A stretch of 64,000 nt of DNA, from contig OZ244717.1 of assembly GCA_965218975.1 (NCBI GenBank), positions 800,001 to 864,000 on the forward strand, given 5' to 3'. The DNA comes from Candidatus Oxydemutatoraceae bacterium. Its GTDB lineage: Bacteria; Pseudomonadota; Gammaproteobacteria; Poriferisulfidales; Oxydemutatoraceae. Positions 13,954-23,847 of this stretch are shown here, piece by piece; the first letter of the stretch is position 1, and the number at the start of each line of letters is the position of its first letter. The position numbers and the translations under genes are program-made. Under the pieces are notes generated by a model. It was given only the letters and a program-made list of their open reading frames with translations, was not told the DNA's origin and made no database searches.

Positions 13954-14292
13954 ATGAAAATGGTGGTTGCGGTGATTCAACCGCATCAGCTTGACAATAT
14001 TCGTGAAGCTTTGTCCGATGCCGGCGTGCACGGAATGACGGCGATGGATGTCAAGGGCTTTGGCCGGCAGAAAGGTCATACTGAGATATATCGTTCCTCG
14101 GAATATGTAGTTTATTTTCTACCGAAAGTGAAACTTGAAATTGCAGTTTCCGACGATCAAGTGGAACGAGCAATTGAAATTATATCTAAAACAGCCAACA
14201 CCGGGAAAATCGGTGATGGAAAAATATTTGTTTTACCGCTGGAACAAGTTATTCGAATTCGTACCGGCGAAAAAGGAGAGGAGGCACTGTAA
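13954..14292 (+). CDS. glnK: P-II nitrogen regulatory protein
   Basis: 112 aa from the ATG at 13954 (GAGG RBS upstream); GFGRQKGHTE, TGKIGDGKIFV, IRIRTGE; directly upstream of amtB. Confidence 0.95.
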   Translation: MKMVVAVIQPHQLDNIREALSDAGVHGMTAMDVKGFGRQKGHTEIYRSSEYVVYFLPKVKLEIAVSDDQVERAIEIISKTANTGKIGDGKIFVLPLEQVIRIRTGEKGEEAL

Positions 14293-14295
14293 ATC

Positions 14296-15585
14296 ATGAT
14301 ACGGTATTTGAAAAAAAATCTAGTTTTATTTCCGGTATTCCTTCCGACAGTGTCGTTTGCCGATACATTAGATACCGGTGACACGGCATGGCTGTTGGTA
14401 TCAACCGCATTAGTGTTGTTTATGACGATCCCGGGCTTATCGCTGTTCTATGCCGGCTTAGTACGGAGTAAAAATGTCTTGTCTGTATTAATGCAGTGTT
14501 TTTCAATCACTTGCCTTGCTTCATTTACATGGTTGCTTTTCGGATACAGTTTGTCGTTTGGTGATGGCGGCGGACTGAACGCGTTTATCGGAGGCTTGGA
14601 AAACTTTCTGTTAATGGATGTTACGCGCGAAGCGGTTTCCGGAACAATACCGGAAACAGTATTTGTGATGTTCCAAATGACATTTGCAATTATCACACCT
14701 GCATTGGTCATCGGAGCTTTTGCCGAAAGAATGCGATTTTCTGCGATGATGCTATTTACCTTGTTTTGGTTGTTCTTAGTTTACTTCCCTATCTGTCATC
14801 AAGTATGGGGAGGCGGATGGCTCTCTGAAATGGGTCTGTTGGACTTTGCCGGAGGTACGGTCGTGCATTTGACCGCAGGTGTCGGCGCGCTGGTTGCCGC
14901 TTTAGTGTTGGGACCGCGCAGCGGTTTTGGCAAAGTTAACATGTCGCCGCATAACCTGGCCATATCGGTTGCCGGAGCGGGAATGCTATGGGTTGGTTGG
15001 TTCGGTTTTAATGCCGGCAGTGCGGTTGCGGCAAACGGGGATGCGGGAATGGCTATGTTAACCACCCACATTAGTGCGGCAGTGGCATCATTGGTCTGGA
15101 TGTTCTTGGAATGGATGAAATACGGTAAGCCTAGCGTGCTCGGCATTGTAACCGGGATGGTCGCAGGTCTAGGTTCGATTACACCGGCATCCGGATTTGT
15201 CGGTCCGGTCGGAGCATTGATAATCGGTGTTTCCGCCGGCGCAATCTGCTTTATGGTGACAAACTTTATGAAGAGAAAATTAAAGGTTGACGATTCGCTT
15301 GATGTTTTTCCGGTCCACGGCATCGGAGGGATTCTTGGCACTTTACTGCTTGCGGTGTTTATCTCCGAATCATTTGGCGGCGTCGGCTACGGTGATGGAA
15401 TGACGCTGATCGGTCAGCTCAAAGCACAGTTGACAGGCGTTGTTTTTGTAATAGTCTGGACTGCGGTGGCGACTTTCGTCAGCCTAAAAGTGGTCGGGAT
15501 GATTACACCGGCCCGAGTGGCGGAAGACACTGAAGAGAAAGGTTTGGATATTACTGAACACGACGAGAAAGGTTACATCTTGTAG
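14296..15585 (+). CDS. amtB: Ammonium transporter
   Basis: FQMTFAIIT, DFAGGTVVH, WVGWFGFNAGS, DDSLDVFPVHG. Confidence 0.97.
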   Translation: MIRYLKKNLVLFPVFLPTVSFADTLDTGDTAWLLVSTALVLFMTIPGLSLFYAGLVRSKNVLSVLMQCFSITCLASFTWLLFGYSLSFGDGGGLNAFIGGLENFLLMDVTREAVSGTIPETVFVMFQMTFAIITPALVIGAFAERMRFSAMMLFTLFWLFLVYFPICHQVWGGGWLSEMGLLDFAGGTVVHLTAGVGALVAALVLGPRSGFGKVNMSPHNLAISVAGAGMLWVGWFGFNAGSAVAANGDAGMAMLTTHISAAVASLVWMFLEWMKYGKPSVLGIVTGMVAGLGSITPASGFVGPVGALIIGVSAGAICFMVTNFMKRKLKVDDSLDVFPVHGIGGILGTLLLAVFISESFGGVGYGDGMTLIGQLKAQLTGVVFVIVWTAVATFVSLKVVGMITPARVAEDTEEKGLDITEHDEKGYIL

Positions 15586-15588
15586 CCT

Positions 15589-16278
15589 TCATTGGCACGC
15601 AATGATATGGCTGGCAAGTTCGGATAATTGTTGTTGGCGATCTTGCGCATATTGAATGTCGAAGATCGGAACATCGGTCAAGCTTGCCAGCTCCTTTGGG
15701 TTATTCCAATCGCAACGATCTGCTTTGAAGTCCGGCGAAGCGGATAGCCGGTTGATTGCTACTGCGAGTACTTTTATACGGCGTCTTTGCGCCGCTTCCA
15801 ATGTCAGCAGCGTTGAACTAAGGCAGCCGAGTCGATTGGGGCATACCAATAATAGAGGCAGTTGCAATTGTTGTGCTAAGTCCGCATTCAAACCGTCTTG
15901 GGCAATAGGCGAGTAAAATCCGCCGGCGCCTTCAATCAATGAAAAAGCGGTAGTATCCGTCGCGCATGCTGCGACCAAATCGGCAATTCGCAGAGGGATA
16001 TTTGCCAATTCCGCAGCGCGTGCCGGCGAAGCGGCGGCTTGCAGGCGATAACGGCAAACCTGCTCTAAAGTTTCGATGTAACCGGCGGCAGCAAGTAGCA
16101 TTTGAGCATCTTCGGCAAACAGATGTCCGTTTTGATCATGGCAGCCGCTTTCAACCGGTTTACGTACTTTCAATGGCAGCAAGTGTGCTTGTAGGAGAGG
16201 TATAAGCCGGCAAGCGAGCCAAGTTTTGCCGACACCGGTATCGGTTGCGGTGATAAATATCCCGCGCTTGTTCATCAT
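15589..16278 (-). CDS. bioD: Dethiobiotin synthase
   Basis: FITATDTGVGKT, KPVESG, IEGAGG, RLGCLS motifs. Confidence 0.94.
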   Translation of the reverse strand: MMNKRGIFITATDTGVGKTWLACRLIPLLQAHLLPLKVRKPVESGCHDQNGHLFAEDAQMLLAAAGYIETLEQVCRYRLQAAASPARAAELANIPLRIADLVAACATDTTAFSLIEGAGGFYSPIAQDGLNADLAQQLQLPLLLVCPNRLGCLSSTLLTLEAAQRRRIKVLAVAINRLSASPDFKADRCDWNNPKELASLTDVPIFDIQYAQDRQQQLSELASHIIACQ

Positions 16279-17162
16279 ACCGTCGGGTGAATCAACATGG
16301 TTTTTACCTGCTGATATTTTTGGGCGGTTTGCTGAATAATTTCTTGCGGTAGTTTCGGTGCGGGCGGAGTTTTGTTCCAGTCCGAAGATTCCAGATAATC
16401 GCGCACGAATTGCTTGTCGAAGCTTGCCGGACTTTTACCGACTTGATATCGTTCAAGGTCCCAAAAACGGGATGAGTCGGGTGTGAGCACTTCGTCAATC
16501 AGCATGAGCTGCCCGTCCCCGGATAAGCCGAATTCAAACTTGGTATCGGCAATAATAATACCTTTCTGTAGTGCATAATCTGCCGCGAATTGATAAATTT
16601 TAAGCGCGTAATCGCGAACCTGCCGCGCAAATTCTTCGCCGAGAGAAGTGATCATCGTTTGAAATCCGACATTTATATCATGGTTGCCGACCGACGCTTT
16701 GGTTGAGGGGGTAAAAATTGGCTCGTCTAACTTTTGTGCAAGCCGCATATTTTTTGGTAGGCGAATACCGCATATCGCGCGATGATTTTGATAATCTTTC
16801 CAACCGGAACCCGCAAGATAGCCACGGACAATGGCTTCAAACGGGAGCGGTTTTACAGATCGGATGACGCTGCTGCGTTGCGCTAGCGCGCGACGCATAT
16901 CGACAGATAATTCGGATATGTCGGTTACTGTCTTGTCTGTGAGATGGTTGGGTATTAAATGTTGAGTTTTAACGAACCAGAAATGGCTCAGCTGCGTTAA
17001 AACTTCTCCTTTCCCAGGAATCGAATCGGGTAAAGTCACGTCAAACGCCGAAATGCGATCGCTTGCAACCATCAATAGGTGATGGTCGTCTAAAGCATAT
17101 AAATCGCGCACTTTACCGCGGTGTAACAGCGGTAGCCCGACATGAAAAGATTTATTTCCCAT
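16275..17162 (-). CDS. purC: SAICAR synthetase
   Basis: GKVRDLY, SDRISAFD, ADTKFEFG, DEVLTPDSSRFW, DKQFVRDYL. Confidence 0.97.
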   Translation of the reverse strand: MGNKSFHVGLPLLHRGKVRDLYALDDHHLLMVASDRISAFDVTLPDSIPGKGEVLTQLSHFWFVKTQHLIPNHLTDKTVTDISELSVDMRRALAQRSSVIRSVKPLPFEAIVRGYLAGSGWKDYQNHRAICGIRLPKNMRLAQKLDEPIFTPSTKASVGNHDINVGFQTMITSLGEEFARQVRDYALKIYQFAADYALQKGIIIADTKFEFGLSGDGQLMLIDEVLTPDSSRFWDLERYQVGKSPASFDKQFVRDYLESSDWNKTPPAPKLPQEIIQQTAQKYQQVKTMLIHPTV

Positions 17163-17235
17163 CCGATAAATAATACCGCGTCTTGTTTAATGATAAAATA
17201 AAAATTTACCTGTCTGACACGAGTATTCGGAGATC

Positions 17236-17724
17236 ATGAACCAAGCTAAAGTAGGAATTATTATGGGTAGCGACAGTGATTGGTCGGTGATGCGTCTTGC
17301 CGCCGAACAGCTAAAGGAGCTGTCGGTTGTGATTGAAAAGCAGGTTGTGTCCGCCCATCGCACACCGCGGATGATGTTTGAATATGCGCAATCTGCTGAG
17401 GCGCGAGGTTTGAAATGTATCATTGCCGGCGCCGGAGGCGCCGCGCACTTACCTGGGATGGTTGCTGCGCTGACTAGTCTGCCGGTCCTTGGTGTACCGA
17501 TCCCGAGCCAACATTTTTCCGGACAAGATTCATTGCTTTCTATCGTGCAAATGCCGAAGGGCACTCCGGTTGCCACTTTTGCCGTCGGTGAGGCCGGCGC
17601 AATCAATGCCGCACTCTTTGCGTGCAAAATACTGAGTTTCAATGACCGAGCGCTACGCGAAAAATTATGCCGGATGAGTGAGGCACAAACAAAAAAAGTG
17701 AAAAACATAAAACTAACGGATTAG
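17236..17724 (+). CDS. purE: N5-CAIR mutase
   Basis: [34 protein letters not shown]. Confidence 0.97.
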   Translation: MNQAKVGIIMGSDSDWSVMRLAAEQLKELSVVIEKQVVSAHRTPRMMFEYAQSAEARGLKCIIAGAGGAAHLPGMVAALTSLPVLGVPIPSQHFSGQDSLLSIVQMPKGTPVATFAVGEAGAINAALFACKILSFNDRALREKLCRMSEAQTKKVKNIKLTD

Positions 17725-17760
17725 TCCGCAAAGGTCTCTAATATTGCCGCTGATATCGCC

Positions 17761-18906
17761 ATGCCGACGACAATTTTGCCGAATTCAAACTTAGGCGTTT
17801 TCGGTGGCGGCCAATTGGGCAGGATGTTCGTTTGTGCGGCGCGCACCATGGGGTACCGCACGACAGTTTTTGATCCTGATCCGGAAAGTCCCGCGGGTAA
17901 AATTGCCGACCGACACCTGTGCGCCGCTTATGATGATGAAGCCGTTTTACACCAATTTGCCGAATCCTGCGCGGCGATAACGATTGAGTTTGAGAATATA
18001 CCTATTGCTGCACTCAATGCGATACAATCGAAAACGCGTCTGTTGTCGGCGGACAATGTGTTGCCGATCATTCAAGATCGGCACTTAGAAAAAACTTTTT
18101 TATCTGAGAGCGGAATTAAAACCGCTAATTTCCACGCGGTCCTGCAAGCTGCGGACATTGCCGCTGCCGAGTCTTTGTTCGCTTCAAGCGCGATTCTTAA
18201 AACGGCGCGTCTAGGTTATGACGGCAAAGGCCAGTATGTGGTAGATAGCGTATCGGCGGCTGAACAAGCGTTCGCCGAATTGAACGGCCGCGCGTGTATT
18301 CTTGAAGAGAAGATTGATTTTAAGTGCGAATTGTCGGTTATTGTTGCGCGCGCTGAAGATGGCACGGTCGTATGTTACCCGCCGTCGGAGAATGAGCACC
18401 GTGGCGGAATTTTGCATCTGAGTAAAGTTCCGGCAGATTGCGGCTCGACAATAACACGGCGGGCGCGACATATTGCGCAAAATGTTGCTCGGGCATTGCA
18501 ATATTGCGGCGTGTTAGCGGTAGAATTTTTTGTCACTCGGGATAATCAATTGCTTGTCAATGAAATTGCGCCGCGTCCGCATAATAGCGGACACTATACG
18601 ATTGATGCTTGTACCGTTTCTCAGTTTGAACAACAAGTGCGTATGATGTGCGGTTTGCCGGCGGGAGATGTGCGGTTATTATCCCCCGTTGTGATGGTTA
18701 ATATTCTTGGTGATATTTGGAGAGATCATCAGGTTTCGCCGGATTGGAAACCGATACTGCAGCATCCTTGTGCAAAGTTGCATCTGTATGGAAAACAAAC
18801 AGCGCGTGCCGGACGCAAGATGGGGCATTTTTGTATTTTGGACTCTGATCCCGATCGCGCCGAGCAGCAAGCGCGAACATTGTATGCGGCATTACACGAC
18901 GAATGA
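17761..18906 (+). CDS. purK: N5-CAIR synthase
   Basis: GGGQLGRM, EFENIP, GYDGKGQ, NEIAPRPHNSGH, GRKMGH. Confidence 0.97.
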   Translation: MPTTILPNSNLGVFGGGQLGRMFVCAARTMGYRTTVFDPDPESPAGKIADRHLCAAYDDEAVLHQFAESCAAITIEFENIPIAALNAIQSKTRLLSADNVLPIIQDRHLEKTFLSESGIKTANFHAVLQAADIAAAESLFASSAILKTARLGYDGKGQYVVDSVSAAEQAFAELNGRACILEEKIDFKCELSVIVARAEDGTVVCYPPSENEHRGGILHLSKVPADCGSTITRRARHIAQNVARALQYCGVLAVEFFVTRDNQLLVNEIAPRPHNSGHYTIDACTVSQFEQQVRMMCGLPAGDVRLLSPVVMVNILGDIWRDHQVSPDWKPILQHPCAKLHLYGKQTARAGRKMGHFCILDSDPDRAEQQARTLYAALHDE

Positions 18907-18910
18907 AACG

Positions 18911-19906
18911 ATGCCGATCGGTGTATTTGAAGCTTTCCGGATTTACCAGAGCCAAGGCGGTTTTCATGCCGCGATAGAATCGTTGCGAATCAGTGATTTG
19001 ACTCCGGGGGATGTGGTTATTCGAGTTCGATATTCGGCAATTAATTATAAAGATGCCCTTGCGGGCAGCGGGAATGCGCCAATTCTTCGCAAAAGCCCTT
19101 TGAACGGCGGTATCGATCTTGCCGGCACGGTTCTTGAAAGCGATTCTCATCGTTATGCACCGGGTGATGATGTATTTGTTCAAGGCGCCGGATTGAGTGA
19201 GATATATGACGGTGGCTTTTCACACTACGCACGTTTGCCGGCAGAAATCTTATTGCCGTTATTGAATACTTTAAGCGCATGCGATGTGATGACGATCGGC
19301 ACTGCCGGGTTTACCGCGGCACTGTGTATTGATCGGATGCGTAACAACGGACAGTCTCCGGAGACGGGACCTGTATTAGTGACCGGCGCAAGCGGCGGCG
19401 TCGGCAGTTTTGCCGTATGTTTATTATCCCAGCTTGGTTACGAATGTATTGCTGTCAGTCGCAAACCTAGCGCAAAAGAGTATCTTGTATCACTTGGCGC
19501 TAGCAAGGTGATCGCTGAAGTTGAAGAAACTTCCGCAGCGTTGACAAAGCAGCAATGGGGCGGCGCGATTGACACGCTTGGCGGAAATACATTGGCGGCG
19601 GTGATTAAAGGGACGCGAATGCACGGTAATGTCGTCAGCGTCGGACTGGTGCAATCGGCGCAATTATCCGTATCGGTGATGCCGTTCATTGTCAGAGGTG
19701 TTAATCTGTTAGGTGTAACGTCGGCAAATTGTCCAATGCAAACTCGCCGATATATTTGGCGATTGCTGACAAGTGAAATGAAACCGGAGCGCTTGGATAG
19801 AATCGCCAACGAAGCGGTCGGGTTAAGCAATTTGCCAACCCAATTCCGGCGGTTGCTTGCCGGCGAAGTATGCGGACGAGTACTGGTAGATTTGAGTCTT
19901 GTCTGA
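18911..19906 (+). CDS. acuI: YhdH/AcuI-family MDR oxidoreductase (acryloyl-CoA reductase)
   Basis: YSAINYKDALA, GIDLAG, GTAGFTAAL, VTGASGGVGS, MPFIVRGVNLLG. Start set at the ATG at 18911 just after purK; the longer ORF from 18707 overlaps purK. Confidence 0.82.
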   Translation: MPIGVFEAFRIYQSQGGFHAAIESLRISDLTPGDVVIRVRYSAINYKDALAGSGNAPILRKSPLNGGIDLAGTVLESDSHRYAPGDDVFVQGAGLSEIYDGGFSHYARLPAEILLPLLNTLSACDVMTIGTAGFTAALCIDRMRNNGQSPETGPVLVTGASGGVGSFAVCLLSQLGYECIAVSRKPSAKEYLVSLGASKVIAEVEETSAALTKQQWGGAIDTLGGNTLAAVIKGTRMHGNVVSVGLVQSAQLSVSVMPFIVRGVNLLGVTSANCPMQTRRYIWRLLTSEMKPERLDRIANEAVGLSNLPTQFRRLLAGEVCGRVLVDLSLV

Positions 19907-19963
19907 TAAGCCGCGCGATTTGTAGTAAAATGTCTCCAATTGTATTGTTTAAGGGGATAACAG

Positions 19964-20281
19964 ATGGAGTCGACCGAACGAATCAAAAAACAAGTTGAGG
20001 AAAATGCGATCATCATTTATATGAAAGGCACGCCGCAACTGCCGCAATGCGGTTTTTCCGGCCGAGCGGTACAAGCATTACAGCAATGCGGCAAAGAATT
20101 CGCCTATGTCAATATTCTGATGGACCGGGAAATCTTTCAAAATCTGCCTCAATTCTCTAATTGGCCGACTTTCCCGCAGATTTTTGTAAAAGGCGAATTA
20201 ATCGGCGGTTGCGATATCGTTTTAGACCTGTTTGAAAAAGGTGAATTACAAAAGATGGTTGATGTGGCGACATCGGCCTAA
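19964..20281 (+). CDS. grxD: Monothiol glutaredoxin Grx4
   Basis: MKGTPQLPQCGFS, WPTFPQ, GGCDI. Confidence 0.96.
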   Translation: MESTERIKKQVEENAIIIYMKGTPQLPQCGFSGRAVQALQQCGKEFAYVNILMDREIFQNLPQFSNWPTFPQIFVKGELIGGCDIVLDLFEKGELQKMVDVATSA

Positions 20282-20314
20282 CACCAAGATAAAAGTAAAA
20301 GTAATAGAGCTGCG

Positions 20315-20845
20315 ATGCAGATCGGCGATATAGAAATCGGTGATAATCCTCCGCATGTAGTTAATGCCATCATTGAAATTCCCGCGCAATCCGGCCCGGT
20401 TAAATATGAGTTGGATAAAAACAGCGGGGCAATTTATGTTGATCGTTTCATCAATGTGCCAATGTATTACCCGTGCAACTACGGATTTATTCCGCACACT
20501 TTATCCGAAGACGGCGATCCGGTTGATGTGTTGGTTGCAACTCCAGTACCGGTGCTGACCGGTGCGGTGATTGCTTGTCGTCCTGTCGGGGGGTTGGAGA
20601 TGACTGATGAATCGGGGCGCGATATTAAACTTTTGGCGGTACCTGCGGCGAAGATGAACGGCGGCTATGACGATGTGGCGTCAATATTTGATTTGCCCGA
20701 AGCGATACGTTTGCAGATTGAGCATTTTTTCAGATATTACAAAAAACTTGAGTCAGGTAAGTGGGTTGAAATAGGCGAATGGTTTGAAATCGAGATCGCC
20801 CATCAAGAAATCCGCTCAAGTATCCGACGTTATCCGTCTTCGTAA
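20315..20845 (+). CDS. ppa: Inorganic pyrophosphatase (family I)
   Basis: KYELDK, YPCNYGFIPHTLSEDGDPVDV, FFRYYKKLE. Confidence 0.97.
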   Translation: MQIGDIEIGDNPPHVVNAIIEIPAQSGPVKYELDKNSGAIYVDRFINVPMYYPCNYGFIPHTLSEDGDPVDVLVATPVPVLTGAVIACRPVGGLEMTDESGRDIKLLAVPAAKMNGGYDDVASIFDLPEAIRLQIEHFFRYYKKLESGKWVEIGEWFEIEIAHQEIRSSIRRYPSS

Positions 20846-20848
20846 GCG

Positions 20849-22702
20849 ATGCGTTTTCGCGGCAAATCAATTTTTCAACGCCGCTTGATTATCGCAACGG
20901 TTGTTATCGTACTTTTAAAAATTTCTTTGATTGCGCATTTATTTGTCTTACAAACGCAACAGCGCTTGCTTTACGCCACAATGGCGGATGAAAACCGTCT
21001 GCGTGTGTCGGCGGTTGCGCCGACACGCGGCTTAATTTACGATCGTAACGGCGAACCGCTGGCACGTAACCAAACTGTTTATCGTTTGGAGGTTCGATCG
21101 GCGGCGGTGGTTGATCGAGATAAACTGCGCACCATGCTGCCGAAGCTGATTGTATTAAATGATAAGCAGATTTCTCTTTTGGAGCGAGAACTTTCTCGGC
21201 ATTCTTCGCTGAAGAGTGTGGTTGTCAAAGATCGTTTAAGCAATGAAGAAGTTGCAAAATTTGCTGTCAACCGTCATCACTTCATTGGCGCGGCGGTGAT
21301 TGGCGAACCTAATCGTTATTACCCTCACGGCGAAGTTTTTTCTCATGCCATCGGTTACCTTAGTAAGTTGACGTCCCAAGACTTTCGAACGGTTGATGCG
21401 CGCAAATACCGTCATTCGGGGCACATAGGAAGGACCGGAATTGAGCGTCGCTATGAGGATGTTCTATATGGGGAAATCGGATTGGATACGATCGAAGTGA
21501 ATGCGGAAGGTCGTACATTGAGGACAGTGAGACGACGCAGTCCGATCGCCGGCAGTGACGTTATGTTGACTTTGGATAAGAATCTGCAGGAGCTTGCCTA
21601 CCAAGCGATGGGTGATATGGTAGGTGCCGTAGTCGCGTTGGATCCGCGTAATGGTGAAGTTTTGGCATTGGTGAGTAAGCCTGCATTTGATCCTAATCAA
21701 CTGTTTCAAGGTATTAGCGCACAAGCATATCAGGCGATGCTCAATCAGCCCGATCGCCCTTTTTTTAACCGAGCGATTTCCGGGCAATATCCGCCGGGAT
21801 CAACGATTAAACCGGTTGTTGCGTTGGCAGGGCTGCACTATGGCGTCACATCGGCACACTACCAGATGTATGCCGGACCGAATTTCGCATTGCCCGGAAG
21901 CAAACGCCGGTTTCGTGACTGGCGAAAGCAGGGACACGGCTGGGTGGACTTGCAAGACTCTATTGCGCAATCCTGCGATGTGTTTTTTTATGATTTGTCG
22001 CATAGAATCGGGATTGATCGCTTGCAGGAAACATTTCGGCAATTCGGGCTAGGAAACGCGACAGACATTGATTTACCTAATGAACAGAGAGGTTTAGTGC
22101 CGTCGCGCGAATGGAAAAGAAGAACTCATCGCCTACCGTGGTACCCGGAAGAAACAATTATTTCCGGAATCGGTCAAGGTTACTTGTTAGCAACCCCGCT
22201 GCAACTGGCAGTGATGACCGCTACGATCGCTACTCGCGGTATTCAGTCGCAACCGCAGATGGTTCGGGCAGTTCGCACTGCAGGACAGGTCGAATGGCGA
22301 TTGAAAGAATTGATCGTCAAAAATCGTTTGCATTTTTCCTCCGCACATTGGAAGAGCATTGTCGATGGGATGATTGATGCGGTGCATCGTCCGAATGGCA
22401 CCGCTTATTCAATCGGTCACGATGCGCCTTATATGATGGCGGGGAAGACCGGTACCGTACAATTGTATCAACTAAGCCAAGATGAAGAGTATGATAAGCA
22501 AGCGATTGACAAATCTTTGCGTGACCACGCGCTATTTGTCGTTTTCGCGCCGGTGCAGGACCCGACTATAGTCGTTGCGGTGGTTGGCGAAAATGCAGGC
22601 AGCGGTTCGCGGTCTGCCGCGCCGGTCGCGCGTAGTGTCCTCGATGCTTATTTTGGAGCTGTGCATTCTGCTGATCGCGGTAAAGGACAATCCGCCGGCT
22701 AA
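20849..22702 (+). CDS. mrdA: Penicillin-binding protein 2
   Basis: PTRGLIYDRNG, YPPGSTIK (SxxK), SCD, GKTGT motifs; upstream of rodA. Confidence 0.95.
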   Translation: MRFRGKSIFQRRLIIATVVIVLLKISLIAHLFVLQTQQRLLYATMADENRLRVSAVAPTRGLIYDRNGEPLARNQTVYRLEVRSAAVVDRDKLRTMLPKLIVLNDKQISLLERELSRHSSLKSVVVKDRLSNEEVAKFAVNRHHFIGAAVIGEPNRYYPHGEVFSHAIGYLSKLTSQDFRTVDARKYRHSGHIGRTGIERRYEDVLYGEIGLDTIEVNAEGRTLRTVRRRSPIAGSDVMLTLDKNLQELAYQAMGDMVGAVVALDPRNGEVLALVSKPAFDPNQLFQGISAQAYQAMLNQPDRPFFNRAISGQYPPGSTIKPVVALAGLHYGVTSAHYQMYAGPNFALPGSKRRFRDWRKQGHGWVDLQDSIAQSCDVFFYDLSHRIGIDRLQETFRQFGLGNATDIDLPNEQRGLVPSREWKRRTHRLPWYPEETIISGIGQGYLLATPLQLAVMTATIATRGIQSQPQMVRAVRTAGQVEWRLKELIVKNRLHFSSAHWKSIVDGMIDAVHRPNGTAYSIGHDAPYMMAGKTGTVQLYQLSQDEEYDKQAIDKSLRDHALFVVFAPVQDPTIVVAVVGENAGSGSRSAAPVARSVLDAYFGAVHSADRGKGQSAG

Positions 22703-22707
22703 AATCC

Positions 22708-23829
22708 ATGTCTCGGGTGAGCGATAATTTTTCTTCCGTACAAGGTACATTTATGCGGACGGATGTTGATCGTGCCTTGTGGTTGTTGCTGATTACACTG
22801 ACATTGTTTAGCTGCATCATGCTATACAGCAGCAGCAAGCAGGATATTGAACTAGTTTTGCATCAAGGGGTCAAAATCCTAATCGGCTTTTCTTTGATGG
22901 CGGCATTGATGCGGGTACCGATAAATGTTTACCGTTGGTGGGCGCCATGGTTTTATGCGAGTGGCATCTTATTATTGTGTATATTATTTTTGTTCGGCAA
23001 TCCGATTAAAGGTGCGCAACGATGGCTTGATCTTGGGATTGTTCGTTTTCAGCCCTCCGAGATATTAAAAATCGCAACTCCGCTGCTGTTATGTTTGATC
23101 GTGACTTCGGAATCGTCGCATGTACGCTCAATGCGCTTTTTCTTAGCGGCATTGCTGCTGACGATTCCGGTCGTTTTAGTCGCTATCCAACCTGATCTCG
23201 GCACTGCATTTCTTATTGCAATCTCCGGGTTGATAGTGATTTTTCTCGCTGGCATCGCTTGGAAATGGATTTTGGGATTGATTGTTGCCGGTGTACTCGT
23301 AACTCCACTGATTTGGAGTTTGTTGTTGGATTATCAAAAGAAACGCCTTTTGACTTTTTTAAACCCTGAGCAAGACCCTTTTAATAGCGGATACCATATT
23401 ATTCAGTCAAAAATTGCCATCGGTTCCGGAGGTTTATGGGGCAAAGGCTGGTTAAATGGGACGCAATCGCAGTTGGATTTTATTCCCGAGCGTTCAACGG
23501 ATTTTATCTTTGCTGCGTTTGCCGAAGAGTTCGGTTTTATTGGCGTATGCGTTTTGCTTCTGACTTATTTTTTGATTATCGGCTATGGTATTCGCATCGC
23601 TGTCAATGCCGCTGATGAATTCGACAGATTGCTTGCCGCAAGTCTAATTTTGGCTTTTGCAGCTTATGTCTTTGTAAATATCAGTATGGTCAGTGGAATC
23701 GTACCGGTTGTCGGTGTACCATTGCCGCTGATTAGTTATGGTGGCACTTCAATGATTACTTTATTGGCATCGTTTGGAATCTTAATGGCAGTCTCAAGAC
23801 AACGTATGTTTCTGAAACAGAAACACTAA
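22708..23829 (+). CDS. rodA: Rod shape-determining protein RodA (SEDS)
   Basis: GAQRWL, FQPSE, QPDLGT, TDFIF, PLISYGGTS. Confidence 0.96.
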   Translation: MSRVSDNFSSVQGTFMRTDVDRALWLLLITLTLFSCIMLYSSSKQDIELVLHQGVKILIGFSLMAALMRVPINVYRWWAPWFYASGILLLCILFLFGNPIKGAQRWLDLGIVRFQPSEILKIATPLLLCLIVTSESSHVRSMRFFLAALLLTIPVVLVAIQPDLGTAFLIAISGLIVIFLAGIAWKWILGLIVAGVLVTPLIWSLLLDYQKKRLLTFLNPEQDPFNSGYHIIQSKIAIGSGGLWGKGWLNGTQSQLDFIPERSTDFIFAAFAEEFGFIGVCVLLLTYFLIIGYGIRIAVNAADEFDRLLAASLILAFAAYVFVNISMVSGIVPVVGVPLPLISYGGTSMITLLASFGILMAVSRQRMFLKQKH

Positions 23830-23847
23830 AGAAACAGCGACAAAATT

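Noticed and set aside
18707-18910. N-terminal extension of the AcuI-like ORF
   Set aside because: Overlaps purK by 200 bp; family similarity begins near the ATG at 18911.
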